Part shown: positions 23,414 to 36,168 of the stretch, piece after piece
Layout of the letters: every line of letters begins with the position of its first letter
Position numbering within the stretch: position 1 is the first letter of the stretch
NCBI GenBank assembly: GCA_024704765.1
Contig: JAKMXF010000296.1
Coordinates: forward strand, 5,725-69,724
Direction: 5' to 3'
Length of the DNA stretch: 64,000 nt
Source: Oopsacas minuta
Taxonomy: Eukaryota > Animalia > Porifera
Translations under genes and position numbers: made by a program
Notes under the pieces: model-generated
Database searches by the model: none
Told to the model about the DNA's origin: nothing
The model's input: only the letters and a program-made list of their open reading frames with translations

Positions 23414-23883
23414 CAGTCAACTCCGCTTAATTGGGACACCGGTTATTCGGAAAATCCGCTTATTTGGGACAAATCTCCACAAAAAAAATCATTTCCATTC
23501 AAGTTAGTACTAAATATTTTCGGTTAATGGGGAAAAAATCTGGTAATCGAGTGAAAATTAGTAACTCATTAGGACGAAATTTCTTTTGAGTTAGGAAAAT
23601 CTAAAACTAGGTACATTTACAAATTTCGATAATTATAGACTAATTTTGGTATTAATTTAGCCAAATCAACTTCTATTTACTAGTAATTGTTATCAATACG
23701 ATTCTGGATGGGTTGGGCTCAATGATAGAGTGGTTAACTTGCTTTAGGGGACTCTGCAACTGGAAAAATAGAATAGTGTTGCTCTTTAGTATCATTATTA
23801 GAAAATCTCCGGTTAATTGGGAACTTCGCTTAATCGGGACTAAAGGACTTAATCGATGTGTTCTGATTAACTGGAGCTGACTG
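23414..23883. mobile_element. pogo/Tigger-type MITE
   Basis: TA|CAGTCAACTCC ... GGAGCTGACTG|TA. Confidence 0.7.
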
Positions 23884-24674
23884 TATATCGATTTGATGTG
23901 TTGATTTGAGATGCACGTGTAATCCTTTTGTAGAACCACCATAACACTTTAATATTTTGTTACATGATTGGCATTGAGCCTGCTTACCACATACAGATCT
24001 CAGAAAATGTTTCCATACTTCTGCACCACCAGCAAAATTTTGAAATTTAATACTATCAGCTATAAAACATAGAATATACGTAGAGAAATTTAGTTATAGT
24101 ATTTTATAATATTTATTCATGATTTTAATAGTAATCTTCGAGTCTTTGTTTGTTAAATTATAACAACAATGACCACAAAGATTATCATTGAACAAGGAAT
24201 CCAAATAAGATGATAAAAGATTATAAGCATCCTATACAAATGCATAATTGTTTGTCTAGGAAATCTAATCAAATACGTTTGCAATCTTACAGGCAAACCA
24301 GTCCCATTCTTTGACTCCAATTAAAGACATTTGCTTCTAAATTCGGAACCCCGAGATTGAGAAATAATCCTCGGATTGGAAATCGGGATTGGGATTAAAA
24401 AAACAAATCCCGGGAATGAATCACGGAGGTGAAATGGATTGAGATACCAGGATGGCGGGATTGTAAGCCCTAACATAAACTGTTGAAATAGCTAGATTCG
24501 CACATTTGAATGCAAGTCAATATTTTATATTATAAGCAAAATGGATCTCCCATAGAGTTATTGGTATTTCTGAGATCCGGGCAAGACTGCTCGGACTCAA
24601 ACGTTCTACTGTATGTGTAGAAGTGTTTCTATCTTCATCATTTTCTCTCATTTTCTCTCTTTATATACCTATAG

Positions 24675-24877
24675 ATTAAAAGAAGGAGATTGTGCATCAC
24701 TCACTAATCTAGATGCTAATTATGCTATTCAATTAATCGATTCTGCCAAGGGACTGAAGAACAAGTGGAATACTGCATTGTCTCAACATAAACCTGGAGA
24801 TCTGCCAATTCCAGGTTTACTGGCAGAAATAGGAATGGTATTTAATGGTATAAGAGAATGTACTACACGGGAAATTG
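24675..24877 (+). CDS. Internal exon of uncharacterised TPR-like gene
   Basis: Acceptor ..tatacctatag and donor gtaata. Open frame LKEGDCASLTNLDANYAIQLIDSAKGLKNKW..IRECTTREI. Phase 2 in, phase 1 out. Confidence 0.7.
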
Positions 24878-25505
24878 GTAATATATTTGGCATTAATATT
24901 TTGACCTTTAAATTTATATAATTGAATTCGATTTCGTACTATTTCCATGGTAGGAAAATAATTTGTAATCGAATTTCAACACTGTTTCGTTCCTGAATAC
25001 TGATAAATAATCAAGGTCACAATGTCACCAATAACTTACTTACCAATATATTGATATGTAAAGAGATTTTGTTTTTGAAAACTAGAAAATACTATGACAA
25101 ACAGTTTAAGTTGAATTATATAATTGTTTGTATACCTCCAGTTTACGTAATTGGATAATTGCACAGTTTGCACCATGGCTACTTAATACACGGCCGTGTA
25201 TGTGACTGAGGAGGTGAAAAACATCAAGGCAGATTTATTTTTTTAGATAATCTAACGCTCTTAATATCTGCCTATTATGTTTTCTGGGGTTTTCGTATAT
25301 GATGTAATATTTGAGACTATTTAGCAAGCTCTCACATCTTTCATATAATTCATGTGGTTTGGGCTCTTTTTACTACATTTGGATGACTTTAGAATTCGAA
25401 AGAATTATTCATTAGTATATATTTTTATATTGAATTATACTTACTTATATATATAAAGAGATCCAATAATAATAATTCCATATTTTAACACGCAATTAAT
25501 CTGTA

Positions 25506-26090
25506 CTTGGCCGCTTCGCTTGCTAGGTCGCTGCGCGAAAGCTTAGCGCGTCAGGTTAGATTAGGTATTAAACAGATAAATTTCTTAGTGCATTTGGTCG
25601 CTACACAAAGGGATATACTCGGCACTTTGTGCCTCGGGTATATAATATAGCAGAAATTCTAAGATTTCATTATCCATGGTCCATCTAAATTACATTCAAT
25701 AGCCTTCTATGGTGACACTTGAGATGCTATGTCGTTTTGGTTAGTAATCTCGGCACTTCGTGCCTCGAGCATTAAGAAATTCTGAAATTTTTCTTTGATT
25801 TTTGTGTAGTCATAATGACGTAATAATTCCATGATGATTTTGCATTAGGTAATAATCAGAACGTGTGGCATATTGAGGTGTACCTGTTAATTTCGAGTTA
25901 CTACCATATACTTGTATATTGGCTGAGCAGTGGCCAATAATGTGAAATTTCCGACATCAAAAAGGTGACAATTACGTCATAATTTCGTCACAGGTTTATA
26001 TTTTTGTCCAATACTCGAACGCGTGTCCGAGCCAGACCCAATATATCCCTGTACGACACTAATCAGCTATGGTCTCTTCTAGTTTCTTCA
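25506..26090 (-). mobile_element. Helitron-like non-autonomous repeat, family B (ends approximate)
   Basis: Colinear with the 8655-9275 copy, including the GC-rich 3' end. Confidence 0.5.
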
Positions 26091-26702
26091 GTTTCCGCTA
26101 TGACATAATCTAGCTCTGCAAACTTTTCCAAGTCGAATTAACGTCATCTAATTACTTACTTACCAAATTTGTCAACAATTGATCCTATTATTTGGCTATT
26201 TATCGAGTTTTTACTGTGCCTACTATACCTAAGTATAGGGGCCCAGTATTGAAATGCTTGTCTATATTATTATATTTTTTCTATATTTTTTTCTTCGTAA
26301 AAGCCCTGCAGCCAAAACTGGATAGAATTAAGGTGATATATGCTATGAGAAGTATTGAACATATTCGTCGGGTGTGCTTCTCCCCTCTGCTAATCAATCG
26401 GGGCACCAAGTGCCACTATTTCACACTGGTCAAACTTTTGTCTGGCCTCTAGCAAAAAATTATGAAAGGAAAGGTGCCAAATTTTTCACACATTTCGAAA
26501 GAGAAAAAAATTCTACACCTTCCTACTCTTCTAGAATTTTGATATTGGTTATAGTTTTTTTGCTGAAGTAATGAAAAATTTACATTATATAGCACTATGT
26601 CATAGGTATATAATTCTATTGTTCTTAGATGTTAAATATTTATTACTTAAACATAGGTACTTCTAGTGCTGTATATAATATGCATTCATTGAATATCTAA
26701 AT

Positions 26703-29041
26703 CAGGGGTGCCCAACTTGATTTAATTGCGGGCCACATTGGCTTCCTCAATAGTTTGGTGGGCCACATGGGCCAATTTATAATTTTCAGATTTATTTAGA
26801 GAAAATTTGTTGGAATATCCAAGTGGAAATGCTACAGAAAGGGAACACACATATGAAATATTGGCAGACTACAGAAAATGATAAAAAATACTAACTAATA
26901 AGAAACCCGAATACTCATTTTACCACCGCTAATACGAGTACAGACAATGATTTACTACTTTGACATGGATGACGATTGATGACGCATATGTCTGACTATA
27001 TGGTCGATGTTTTGTTCCATATCCGTAGTAGCTATTCTTAATGTATCTTCGAGATGTCTATCAGTTAAAACAGTTCTGCATTTGCTTTTTACTAGCTTCA
27101 TTTGGGAGAACAGTTGTTCACATATGTATGTGCTCCCAAATAAACAAGCCATCATCTTACAATGCTTGATAAGATTGGGGTAATCTGATGATGATAAATA
27201 CTTTTGATAAAAGTCCATAAGTGTGACATCATTGAATTTTGCTTTCAAGTCCTGGTTACATTGCATGTCAACCAATTCTAGCTGGAGATGCTCGGGGAGT
27301 TCAATAGGTTCTAAAGAGAAAGGATTTGAGAATATAGCGAAGTTTACAATATTGCTACGAAGATCTTTAAACCTATTCTCGAATTCTTTGCGCAGGGAAT
27401 TGATTTCGATTGCGTATACACCTGTATCTGGAGGGGAATGTTTTGATAAGGTTTCAAAGTGATAAAGATTTCCTTCTATTAATTGTTTTTCCCATATCTC
27501 GAGCTTTCTTTCAAAAGCGCAAATGAAGTCAAACAAATTGTGAATAAGCAGATTTTTTCCTTGTAATTTTGAGTTGAGGTTATTCAAATATTGAGTGATA
27601 TCGACCAAAAATGCCAAGTCACACAACCATAATGGATCATTGAGATGAAAAACTGGTTTCCCCTTCTCCTCCATAAAATGAAATACTTCTTCTTTGAGTT
27701 CACAAAAGCGTCGAAGCATCGCACCCCTACTTAACCATCGTACTTCCGTATAATAAAGAAGGTGTCCATATTGAGAATCCATTTCGTCTAAAAGTTTTCG
27801 AAATTGTCGATGATTGAGTCCTCGAGCACGAATGAAGTTGACAGTTTTCACTACTATTTCCATTACACCCTGCATTCTTAATGACTTTTAACAGAGATTT
27901 TCCTGGTGAATTATACAATGCACTTTGGCTAATTTCATAGTACTACTTCCTGAATTGATCCTTTCTTTCTCCAGAAGAGCAACGAAGCCCCTTTCCTTCC
28001 CAATCATTGATGGTGCGCCATCTGTCGTTACCCCACATAAATTATTCAACTTAAGTCCGATAGCATCAATTCCATTCATCACCGCTTTATAAATATCAAC
28101 TCCAGTTGTTTTATCGTGAAGGCTGTGTAAGTTTGCCAATTCTTCTGTAAGATTAGACTTTGAATCGATTCCTCTTACAAAAACAGCAAGTTGGGCAGTA
28201 TCAGTGGCATCTGTGCTCTCATCAAGGGCCAGAGAATAGTACTGGAACTCACTCGCACGTTTTTCTAAAGTAAGTTTTAAGTCTGTTGATAAGTTCTCTA
28301 TCCTACGGCTAATTGTCATTCTTGAAAGGCTAATGTTTTCAAATAACTTCTGTTTCTCTGGGCACATAATTTGCGCCAAAGTAATAACACACTCCTTGAT
28401 AAATTCACCATCAGTAAATGGCTTATATTTCTTTGCAATAAGTTTGGAAATGGCAAAGCTTGCACGAACAGCTTTTTCTGACTCAGAATTAGTATTTGTA
28501 AAATATTTTGCTGTACCGAAAGTTCCCTTATTAATGATCGTACTCTATCCTTCCGTATCTGCCCTGAGCATGCTTTGTAATCTTGATGTTTAGCACTATA
28601 GGGTCTTTGGATGTTGTACTCTTTCATCACTGCGATGACCTGCTATTTCTCAGTCCAGCTGTCGTTGAAAGTTCTACTCTCGATATCAACTTTCCTTTTC
28701 TTAGAACAAGGCTCCATTAATATAAATGATATATATATTCTACAGGTAATTTAGGAGATGAGTAAACGCAGTATCTGAATTTCAATTATAAGCTTAGAAT
28801 TATACTAGTTTATATTTATACACCGCTAAGGATTATTATTACTAAACACATGCACCTGTCGTGTATTGAAAATGAATAAGAATCCTCAAAATGTCAAATA
28901 CATCGAAATTCGACACCCAGCATGAATGCTATCGAAATGTGGCTTAGGAATTGTTCATGAAGAAATAGTATATATTACAAAGTGCAAATTTTGCGCGGGC
29001 CGGATAAAGTTATTACGCGGGCCGTATGTTGGGCACCCCTG
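26703..29041 (-). mobile_element. hAT Buster/Charlie transposon, second family
   Basis: TIRs CAGGGGTGCCCAAC with perfect 8-bp TSD ATCTAAAT (26695-702, 29042-49), central TA. Confidence 0.95.
26955..28717 (-). pseudogene. Frameshifted Buster-type hAT transposase
   Basis: SKKRKVDIESRTF, ALDESTD, TTDGAPSM, HCIIHQE, TEVRWLSRG, FGSTYICEQLFS. Confidence 0.93.
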
Positions 29042-29396
29042 ATCTAAATTTAACGGTATCTTTAATTATTTCTCTTATATTTTTTAATATAATATTTTTC
29101 AAGTTAACCATAGATAATTTAAAAGACATGTATTTGTCTGATTATATAACCTTTGAATAATCGTAGAAGATTGTTCTAAACAGTAAAAGGGGGTAATTCA
29201 ATACGCTGATTCCGAATTTAACACTCTTGAATTTGTGCCCATGAAATCTCTTCTAGTATTCCCTTCTATGAATATTATTTAGTCAACTGATAATTACTGC
29301 AAACAAATTCAACATTTTATGGACTGGATAATCATAGTAAATTGTAAATATATTGTTTGATGTATTTGAAATCCGAGCGGAGCGAGGAAAAAATAC

Positions 29397-29581
29397 AAAA
29401 TTGTAACCTGTGCCGACAGCTTAGTCTATTAAATTCAATTTGTTTAACAGTGGCACTATTAATTGGAGGCACTATGTGCATTGGGATTAAACTTGACCTT
29501 TCATAGTGCCTCCAATTAATAGTGCCACCTTTAAACAAATTGAATTTAATAGATTAAGCTGCTGGCACAGGTTGTAATTTT
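29397..29581. repeat. Long imperfect palindrome
   Basis: ~80-bp arms (29397-476, 29502-581) with a 25-nt spacer, preceded by CCGAGCGGAGCGAGG. Confidence 0.85.
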
Positions 29582-29606
29582 AAACTCTGTCAAGAGTCAA
29601 TTAACA

Positions 29607-30143
29607 GATTACGATTGCATAATTTATTCGATAGGATCTATGTGGGTATGCTCATGCAAACTATAAATTTTGTTTGACATTGTTTGCACGTTCCAGAGTT
29701 ATAGTTGCAACCATGGATGCCAAATTTTTTGCTGATATTCGTAAATACCTTGACAATCTTTAATCTTACGGTCAAATCTTGCTGTAAACATGTAGTATAT
29801 AACTGATTTCCCATACACTGATAGTACATTTTATACGAGATCTCTGACGATTATGACTGTATCATGATTATGCCCATATATTGTATTATTCATGACTGTG
29901 AAATATTCTTTGGAGATATCTGATCGAAATGTTTAACAAGGTATGAGAAATCGGTTATTACTACATTTTCCAGACGATTTGGCCTTAAGATAAGTTTGTC
30001 AAGTTATTGGTGAAATATCAGCAAATTTAGCATCCATGGTTGCAACTATAACTCTAGAACCCGCAAACATTATCGAATAAAGTTTCGATATTTTGCACGA
30101 AATTAGCCATAAATCCTACTAAATACATTTTGCAATCGTAAAT
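29607..30143. mobile_element. MITE-like element with long subterminal inverted repeats (ends approximate)
   Basis: AGAGTTATAGTTGCAACCATGGATGC (~29695) is inverted at ~30030-30058. CGATTGCA / TGCAATCG near the ends. Confidence 0.5.
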
Positions 30144-30737
30144 GTATCCCGATTAGGGTCGAAGTGGTACGTTCGTATTGAAAGGAACACTAAATTTTTA
30201 CCACTCCGTTTTAAGCAATTCCCGCATCAAAAAACGAGATTTAACCTTTTTAAGTCATAAAATCACACATTTTCACGGCATTATTCGGTTAATTGAAAAT
30301 ACAGAGTCAAAGTCTCTGCTATGTTTGCCAAAGAAATTTAAAATGATATTGCCAAAGGCCGATTTGTGCCTAAAATTGGCTAATTGGGACTTTTTGTTGA
30401 ATTTGGATGGAAATTTGCCAAAAATAACTTCATTGTATCACAATTTTATTAGAATTTTTCTGTTTATATTTTTCACTAATAGCTGGCTAATTCATAAAAT
30501 GAATTTTGAAAAACTGGATAAAATACCTGCGGAACGTCGATATTATTCCCTCCTTAAGACACTAGAATACTGTTTATATTCAATTTCAATTAAATTCATC
30601 ATTTTTTGGTACCTAGTTAGGATTTTACCTCAAAAATCAATATATTGCTATTAATTTTTCTTATTGAATTGCATTTAGGTGAATTTCAAATCTGATTTCT
30701 TCGTTTTTTTGGTCAAGCATGATTTTTGGAATATATA

Positions 30738-30972
30738 CCGTAAACTGGGGCTACTTTGGCCCACTGGGTTTGCTTTAGCCCAAATATCAAAGTTTCAAAG
30801 AAACTAGATTTGATTCAGTATTATACTTGAAAATGACTTGCCTATTTTTAACGAATTTTCAAATATCGGTAGACAATTTCGAATACAAATACAATATCTA
30901 TTCGATACGTAAGCAAATTTTAATATTTGGGCTAAAGCAAATCCAGTGGGCCAAAGTAGCCCCAGCTTACGG
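30738..30972. mobile_element. TA-flanked MITE (Tc1/mariner/pogo type)
   Basis: ~50-bp TIRs CCGTAA(A/G)CTGGGGCTACTTTGGCCCACTGG, with TA on both flanks. Confidence 0.8.
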
Positions 30973-31515
30973 TACCTATGTTGATAATTAGAAAAGCTGT
31001 GAAAACCGTAAAAATTGCCACCCACAAACATACCAAGTATGCCAATATTACCTACAAAATCCCTATGACCAATTGTCCCTAAAGTTCTTGAAAGAGGACA
31101 CCTTTAACTCTAATTCCTGTAATTTTCTTCCAAAATGGACAAATAGTTTAGAAAATATTGCCATACAGAGTGGCACAACCACCTCAAATTCCAATTTGTC
31201 AGATTTGCTATTAGATGATATATGTATATGGTACAAAAGAAAATTAATTGGAATAGGAATTCGCTCGTTATTATCCCTGAACTTGTGCATTTTACATGTA
31301 TATCGCTGTCATTTCAACCCTTCATACCTCGATAAGAACTATATAAATAGTGTTAATAATTAACTAACTCAGATTAATCGGCAAACACCTTTAGTCCGAA
31401 TACTCTGGTCTAAATGACCTAATTAATCTAAAGTCTAAACGAACATTGTTAACTAAGGAGCTCATCTTTTCTCTTGCACAATGTACTTCCAGGTAGTATC
31501 TCTTTTTTTATTTAG

Positions 31516-31696
31516 GACGTGGAAAATATGACGAAGCAGAAAAGATTCTAGAAGCAGCAACCCAATTGTATCATGCTCTTGGCCGAGACATGTTTATGGC
31601 TTGTGATATTAATTCATTTTGCCTCGAGTATCTAAGAGTAGGCCCACTTGTCAGAATTATGTGTTTAAAATTTTTTGAACCACTCACATTTTATAG
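31516..31696 (+). CDS. Internal exon with TPR-like helix
   Basis: Acceptor tttttttatttag and donor gtaagt. GRGKYDEAEKILEAATQLYHALG..KFFEPLTFY. Phase 1 in, phase 2 out. Confidence 0.8.
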
Positions 31697-32807
31697 GTAA
31701 GTATACAGTATATTAGAGTACGTATTCTCCATAATCTATTGTTTTGTTGTTTTGTATTACAAAAGTCAATACAAGCAGGGACAAATAATGCGCACCCTGG
31801 GTCCCGGGCGGACACCAACCATAGGCCCTCTTGGCCAGGTCTGCCATCGCTTCATTCGTAAAATTGGCCATTTAGTGATAATTATAAATTTGGACTCTCA
31901 CTTTAGCACTATTTAGCTATAATAAATTAATGATAAAGGCATTTTTGCATTGTAAACGTGTGGAATCTTATAAAACGTGACTCCATTGTAACAATTCTTA
32001 GCAGATAGATGTCAACATAGACTACTATATCATACAGATAGGAAAGTAGCCAAGCAACGAATAAAAAAGAAAGGCCATTTATACAAAAATAAAAATTTGT
32101 TTACTTTTTGGACATTTTTGTATTTCGATGAATTAATGTCCTCTATTTACTCATATGGTGTAAATAATTAGCACGTTTTCTTTAAAATAGATTCGGATCA
32201 CATCTTAATAGCTTATTTCTGAAAATTCATAAATGTATTTTTGATAAATATATTATTTTCATGTCCATGAAATAATTAATAAATTTTCTTCCAATAAGCT
32301 ATCTTAAAACATGGATTTAACTTGAGTGTGAAGTACACGTACAAATTCAAACAATATTAGCATAAAGTTAAATAAATGCCTTTTTTACAAAAATATTGAG
32401 AAAATGTTCAAATTATAAAATACTAACGTCATCGCATAAATGGCGCCTAAACGAGATGAAGGAATGCCGTTTGAACTTTTAGGTAGTCTTAACTGACTAG
32501 TTACATTTTCTAACCCTAAAAAAGTTCAATTCACAAATTCTGAAGGGTTAATTTATCTTTTATGAAATTTATATAAATGGCCTTTCTTTTTTATTCGTTG
32601 CTCGACTACTTTCCTATCTGTATGATATAGTAGTCTATGTTTCATCTTAACAAATTTACCAAATTTCATTCTCAACCCTTTGAATTTCATAAGATGTTGC
32701 GATGAAGGTGTGAAATGCGTACTCATCATAACGAACGAATATTCTTTTATCCCTAATTATTTCATCATTATTTCTCATCACCATGATATTATTATTACTT
32801 TATTTAG

Positions 32808-33114
32808 CGATAAGCCTGTTGATGAAGCTGAGGGCCCGAACCATGGTAACTTATTGAAACATTATATGTTTTCGGTCTACGAGTTTCGCAATGGACAAGA
32901 GGAATTACGCTTCAGATACTTTTTAGAATCAAGCAATGTAGGTTTTGGGACATATTATGTGGTTGGCCTCAGCCCACCAGATTTTAGTTTTCACGCTCAA
33001 GTTCAACCAATGGGGATGCATAAGTGCCCAAACTATCGAGAGGTTAGAGAAGTTATTGGGCGTGATATAAATCAACGTGTTGATCGTCTTGAAGCTGGAG
33101 GCTCGTTACTATAA
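32808..33114 (+). CDS. Terminal exon of uncharacterised TPR-like gene
   Basis: Acceptor actttatttag. Phase-2 entry gives SDKPVDEAEGP..VDRLEAGGSLL*. Confidence 0.8.
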
Positions 33115-33500
33115 ATGATATACTTTATTGTCAGATTTGTATTTCATATAAAATTCATTGCTACTATTCTGATAATTTCTATCCTGTTATGAATTTCCTA
33201 ATATATACTTATTTTTGCTTATCATCCTTATAAAAATTCTGTTTGTGTTATTTTACTGCGCCGGCTATACTATCGTATAGTGGTCCAGTTTTTATCTCAG
33301 TTCATATTTTGTATTTTCCGTTTTCGGTCTACAGACCACACCGTTCAAGATTAAGAGCTCAAAAAATGTAATCAAGTTTATGATGATGCGTAAATTTGCA
33401 TCTTGGTATACGATTTAGATCTGACAAAATTTGACACAATTGTGCTGCGACCAAGATTCTATCCATTATTTCAGAAAAAATTCTCCAAATTATAGTTTAA

Positions 33501-33836
33501 GGCCACTGTTAGTTCGAAACATCTTTCATCTCCAGCGCCCGCATCTGATTTGGCTACCGCACTAATATTGTCATTATTTCACCATTTACTCAATATATTT
33601 CAACTACAAGGTGTATGAACTGGCTAGAGTGCAAGAGAAGTATCTTTTTCATAGTCTATTCTCATATCAAATTTGACTTTAGTAATTTTAATATGTTTAC
33701 GAATGAAGTCAATGAACCAATTTTTCCAGCTGATACGTCACAAAATAATGAGATAATGCTAATGAACCGCCCGCCCGCACGCATGTTCAGGTGGACCTGA
33801 TGTGGAACTGTAACAAGTTTCTCATTAACAGTGGCC
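33501..33836. mobile_element. PIF/Harbinger-type MITE
   Basis: TAA|GGCCACTGTTA ... TAACAGTGGCC|TAA, i.e. a 3-bp TAA TSD. Confidence 0.7.
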
Positions 33837-34547
33837 TAAAGAAGTTTCTATCACTCTTCATTTTTTCTCTATTGAATCCTTTGTTTAGGGCTCACACCGC
33901 ACGGGAGACACATTTTGAAATGATTTTCTTATTCATATACGTAGTTTATACTATTTCTGGGGGGGACTTAAGCCCCCCTAGCCCCTCCTTATCTACACTC
34001 TTGGAAGCTGATCTGCGTTGTTGCTTATTTGTGACCAAGAATAGGAAATTAGTTCATCAAAAACATCTCCAAAAATCCTATTAATAATATTCTATTCTAT
34101 CATATTTCAGAAATTTTTGAATAAATACCATCAAGTTTTAAATGTATAAAAAATTTTTGAATTATAATTACTAATTCCATGGGTTGGGTCGTGGATACGG
34201 TGGCAATCCAGTAATTATGTTGAAAACCCTGATATAGGACTTTTTGACAAGCCTGAATGAGCACAACTTAACACTTAATAACTTGGAGTTTTTCTCATAT
34301 TCAACAGATAATCTCTGTCACACCTCATCATGCCACAATGGCATTGAAAATTTTGTGATGCAAAATCTCCATAAGGGAATATAATATTTGCACTGTCATT
34401 GTGGCATAATTAGGTGTGATAGAGATTAATTATTTAATTAAAGGGAAACCCCAACCGTGATTAATGTACTCAACCAATTTCGAGTAAATTGATTGGATAT
34501 TGCTGCCTGAGACCGCTCTACTGAATCCGCATCTCCAGGGAATTGGT

Positions 34548-35168
34548 TCATAACATAATCGCTGATGTATTCAGTTGTTTCGTTTTAGGAGACATCATAA
34601 TATGTGAAGTAATATAATCACGATCATTGTATTTTTCCTTGATATCTCCAATAATATTAGCGGCCAAGTCTCCAATAGTTTCACCGCATACTACATACTT
34701 AGCATCTAGGTGAATCATGTTAGATTCATTCACAGGTTCAGTGCCTCTGAGAAATTGCTTACTTCTACTGAGTCCTGTTGGTCTAAACTTTGGAGCCGCA
34801 AGTTTATAGTCAACTTCACTTTACATGATGCCAGAGTGGTGATTTATTGATACAGGATGATATCACCTGTCCTCTGGTACTATGTCGAATTCAGGGAGAA
34901 TCTGGCGGAAATCTCTTCGAATTACGATCACCTTTCCTCCATATGGTAGCTCACAGGAACAAATATCTCTCAAACTCCGATCTATACACTCAGCAGCATA
35001 TCTGTGTGCCATTGGAGCTTCATCTAAGACTAATAGATTCGCGCTTTGTATTAGTTTTGCTAGTTTGATCTGTTTGGGGATGTTACAAACTGATAGTTCA
35101 TTTAAGCGAATCGGCACCTCGGAGATATCTCGGCCATAAGAGACAATGCTCCAAATGTGCTGATACAT
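34548..35168 (-). pseudogene. Helitron PIF1-family helicase remnant
   Basis: LLVLDEAPMAHRYAAECIDRSLRDI..GGKVIV..DFRQILP, plus downstream IMMSPK. Fragmentary. Confidence 0.8.
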
Positions 35169-36168
35169 TTATGAACTATTATATCCACTTGGTAAACTTC
35201 CTTAAACATTTTCGTTATTTACATTGTGTGAATAAATAGCCGTCAACACATTTAATTAAATAAGAGATTATGTTCATAGCAGAGATCCTAATCCAATCCA
35301 ATCGAGACAATCTTCGATTGTTGATTGGCACATTTCGTATCGATTCGATCGTCGATTGGATTGCTATTTATCGACGAATTTTCATAGATATATTTGGATT
35401 TGAAATTTCTTAAACTAAGATTATAACTTATCTGTATAGTTATCGCTTTCACATGCTGTAAATTAGAATAACATGACCATTTTAATTATGCCTGCTACCA
35501 GTATGTGTTAAATTGGGAGATGAATATACAGAAATTCTAGTACTGAATTTCAGTATTTTAAAAAGAAATGAAAATTTTGGGATATTATGAATAGGATGAA
35601 AATATCTATTGGATTGTTAAGGAAAAGCAACGATTGCTGAAACCAAGATTCAATTATTCAAATTTGAAGGATTGGATTGAATTGGCATCCTTGATTCATA
35701 CTAACAAATGTTGCTATGAAATATGAGTCCTCATTAATACTTTGGTATCGAATACCGACATCTCGCTACAGCGACATTTCGCTACTTATTTGATTGGTCA
35801 ATTTGACTTATTCTTTTTAATTAAATTATTCCCCATAAATTTAGAAAATGTATCCTTATCCCAGTTGTAGTTTAGATTATTGTAAATCCATTCAATATAT
35901 TGCGTCTAAATTCATTGAGTATCATTTCAGAAGTTCGTCAATCTAATAATTCGAAACAACTGATAATGTTTATACAACACTAATTGGAATGTAAACCTCA
36001 AGTAATTAGCATCAAATTCTAGAATCTGTAAACATCGTACATCTGTTTTATAAAGTCAATAAGCTTCAAAATTCAATAAATACGATAGCTTACTTCCATT
36101 GTTCAGATCAGTTTTCTTAAACTAATTATTTATATATTTTTATTGTATTTTTTCGATTTTTTTCGCTA

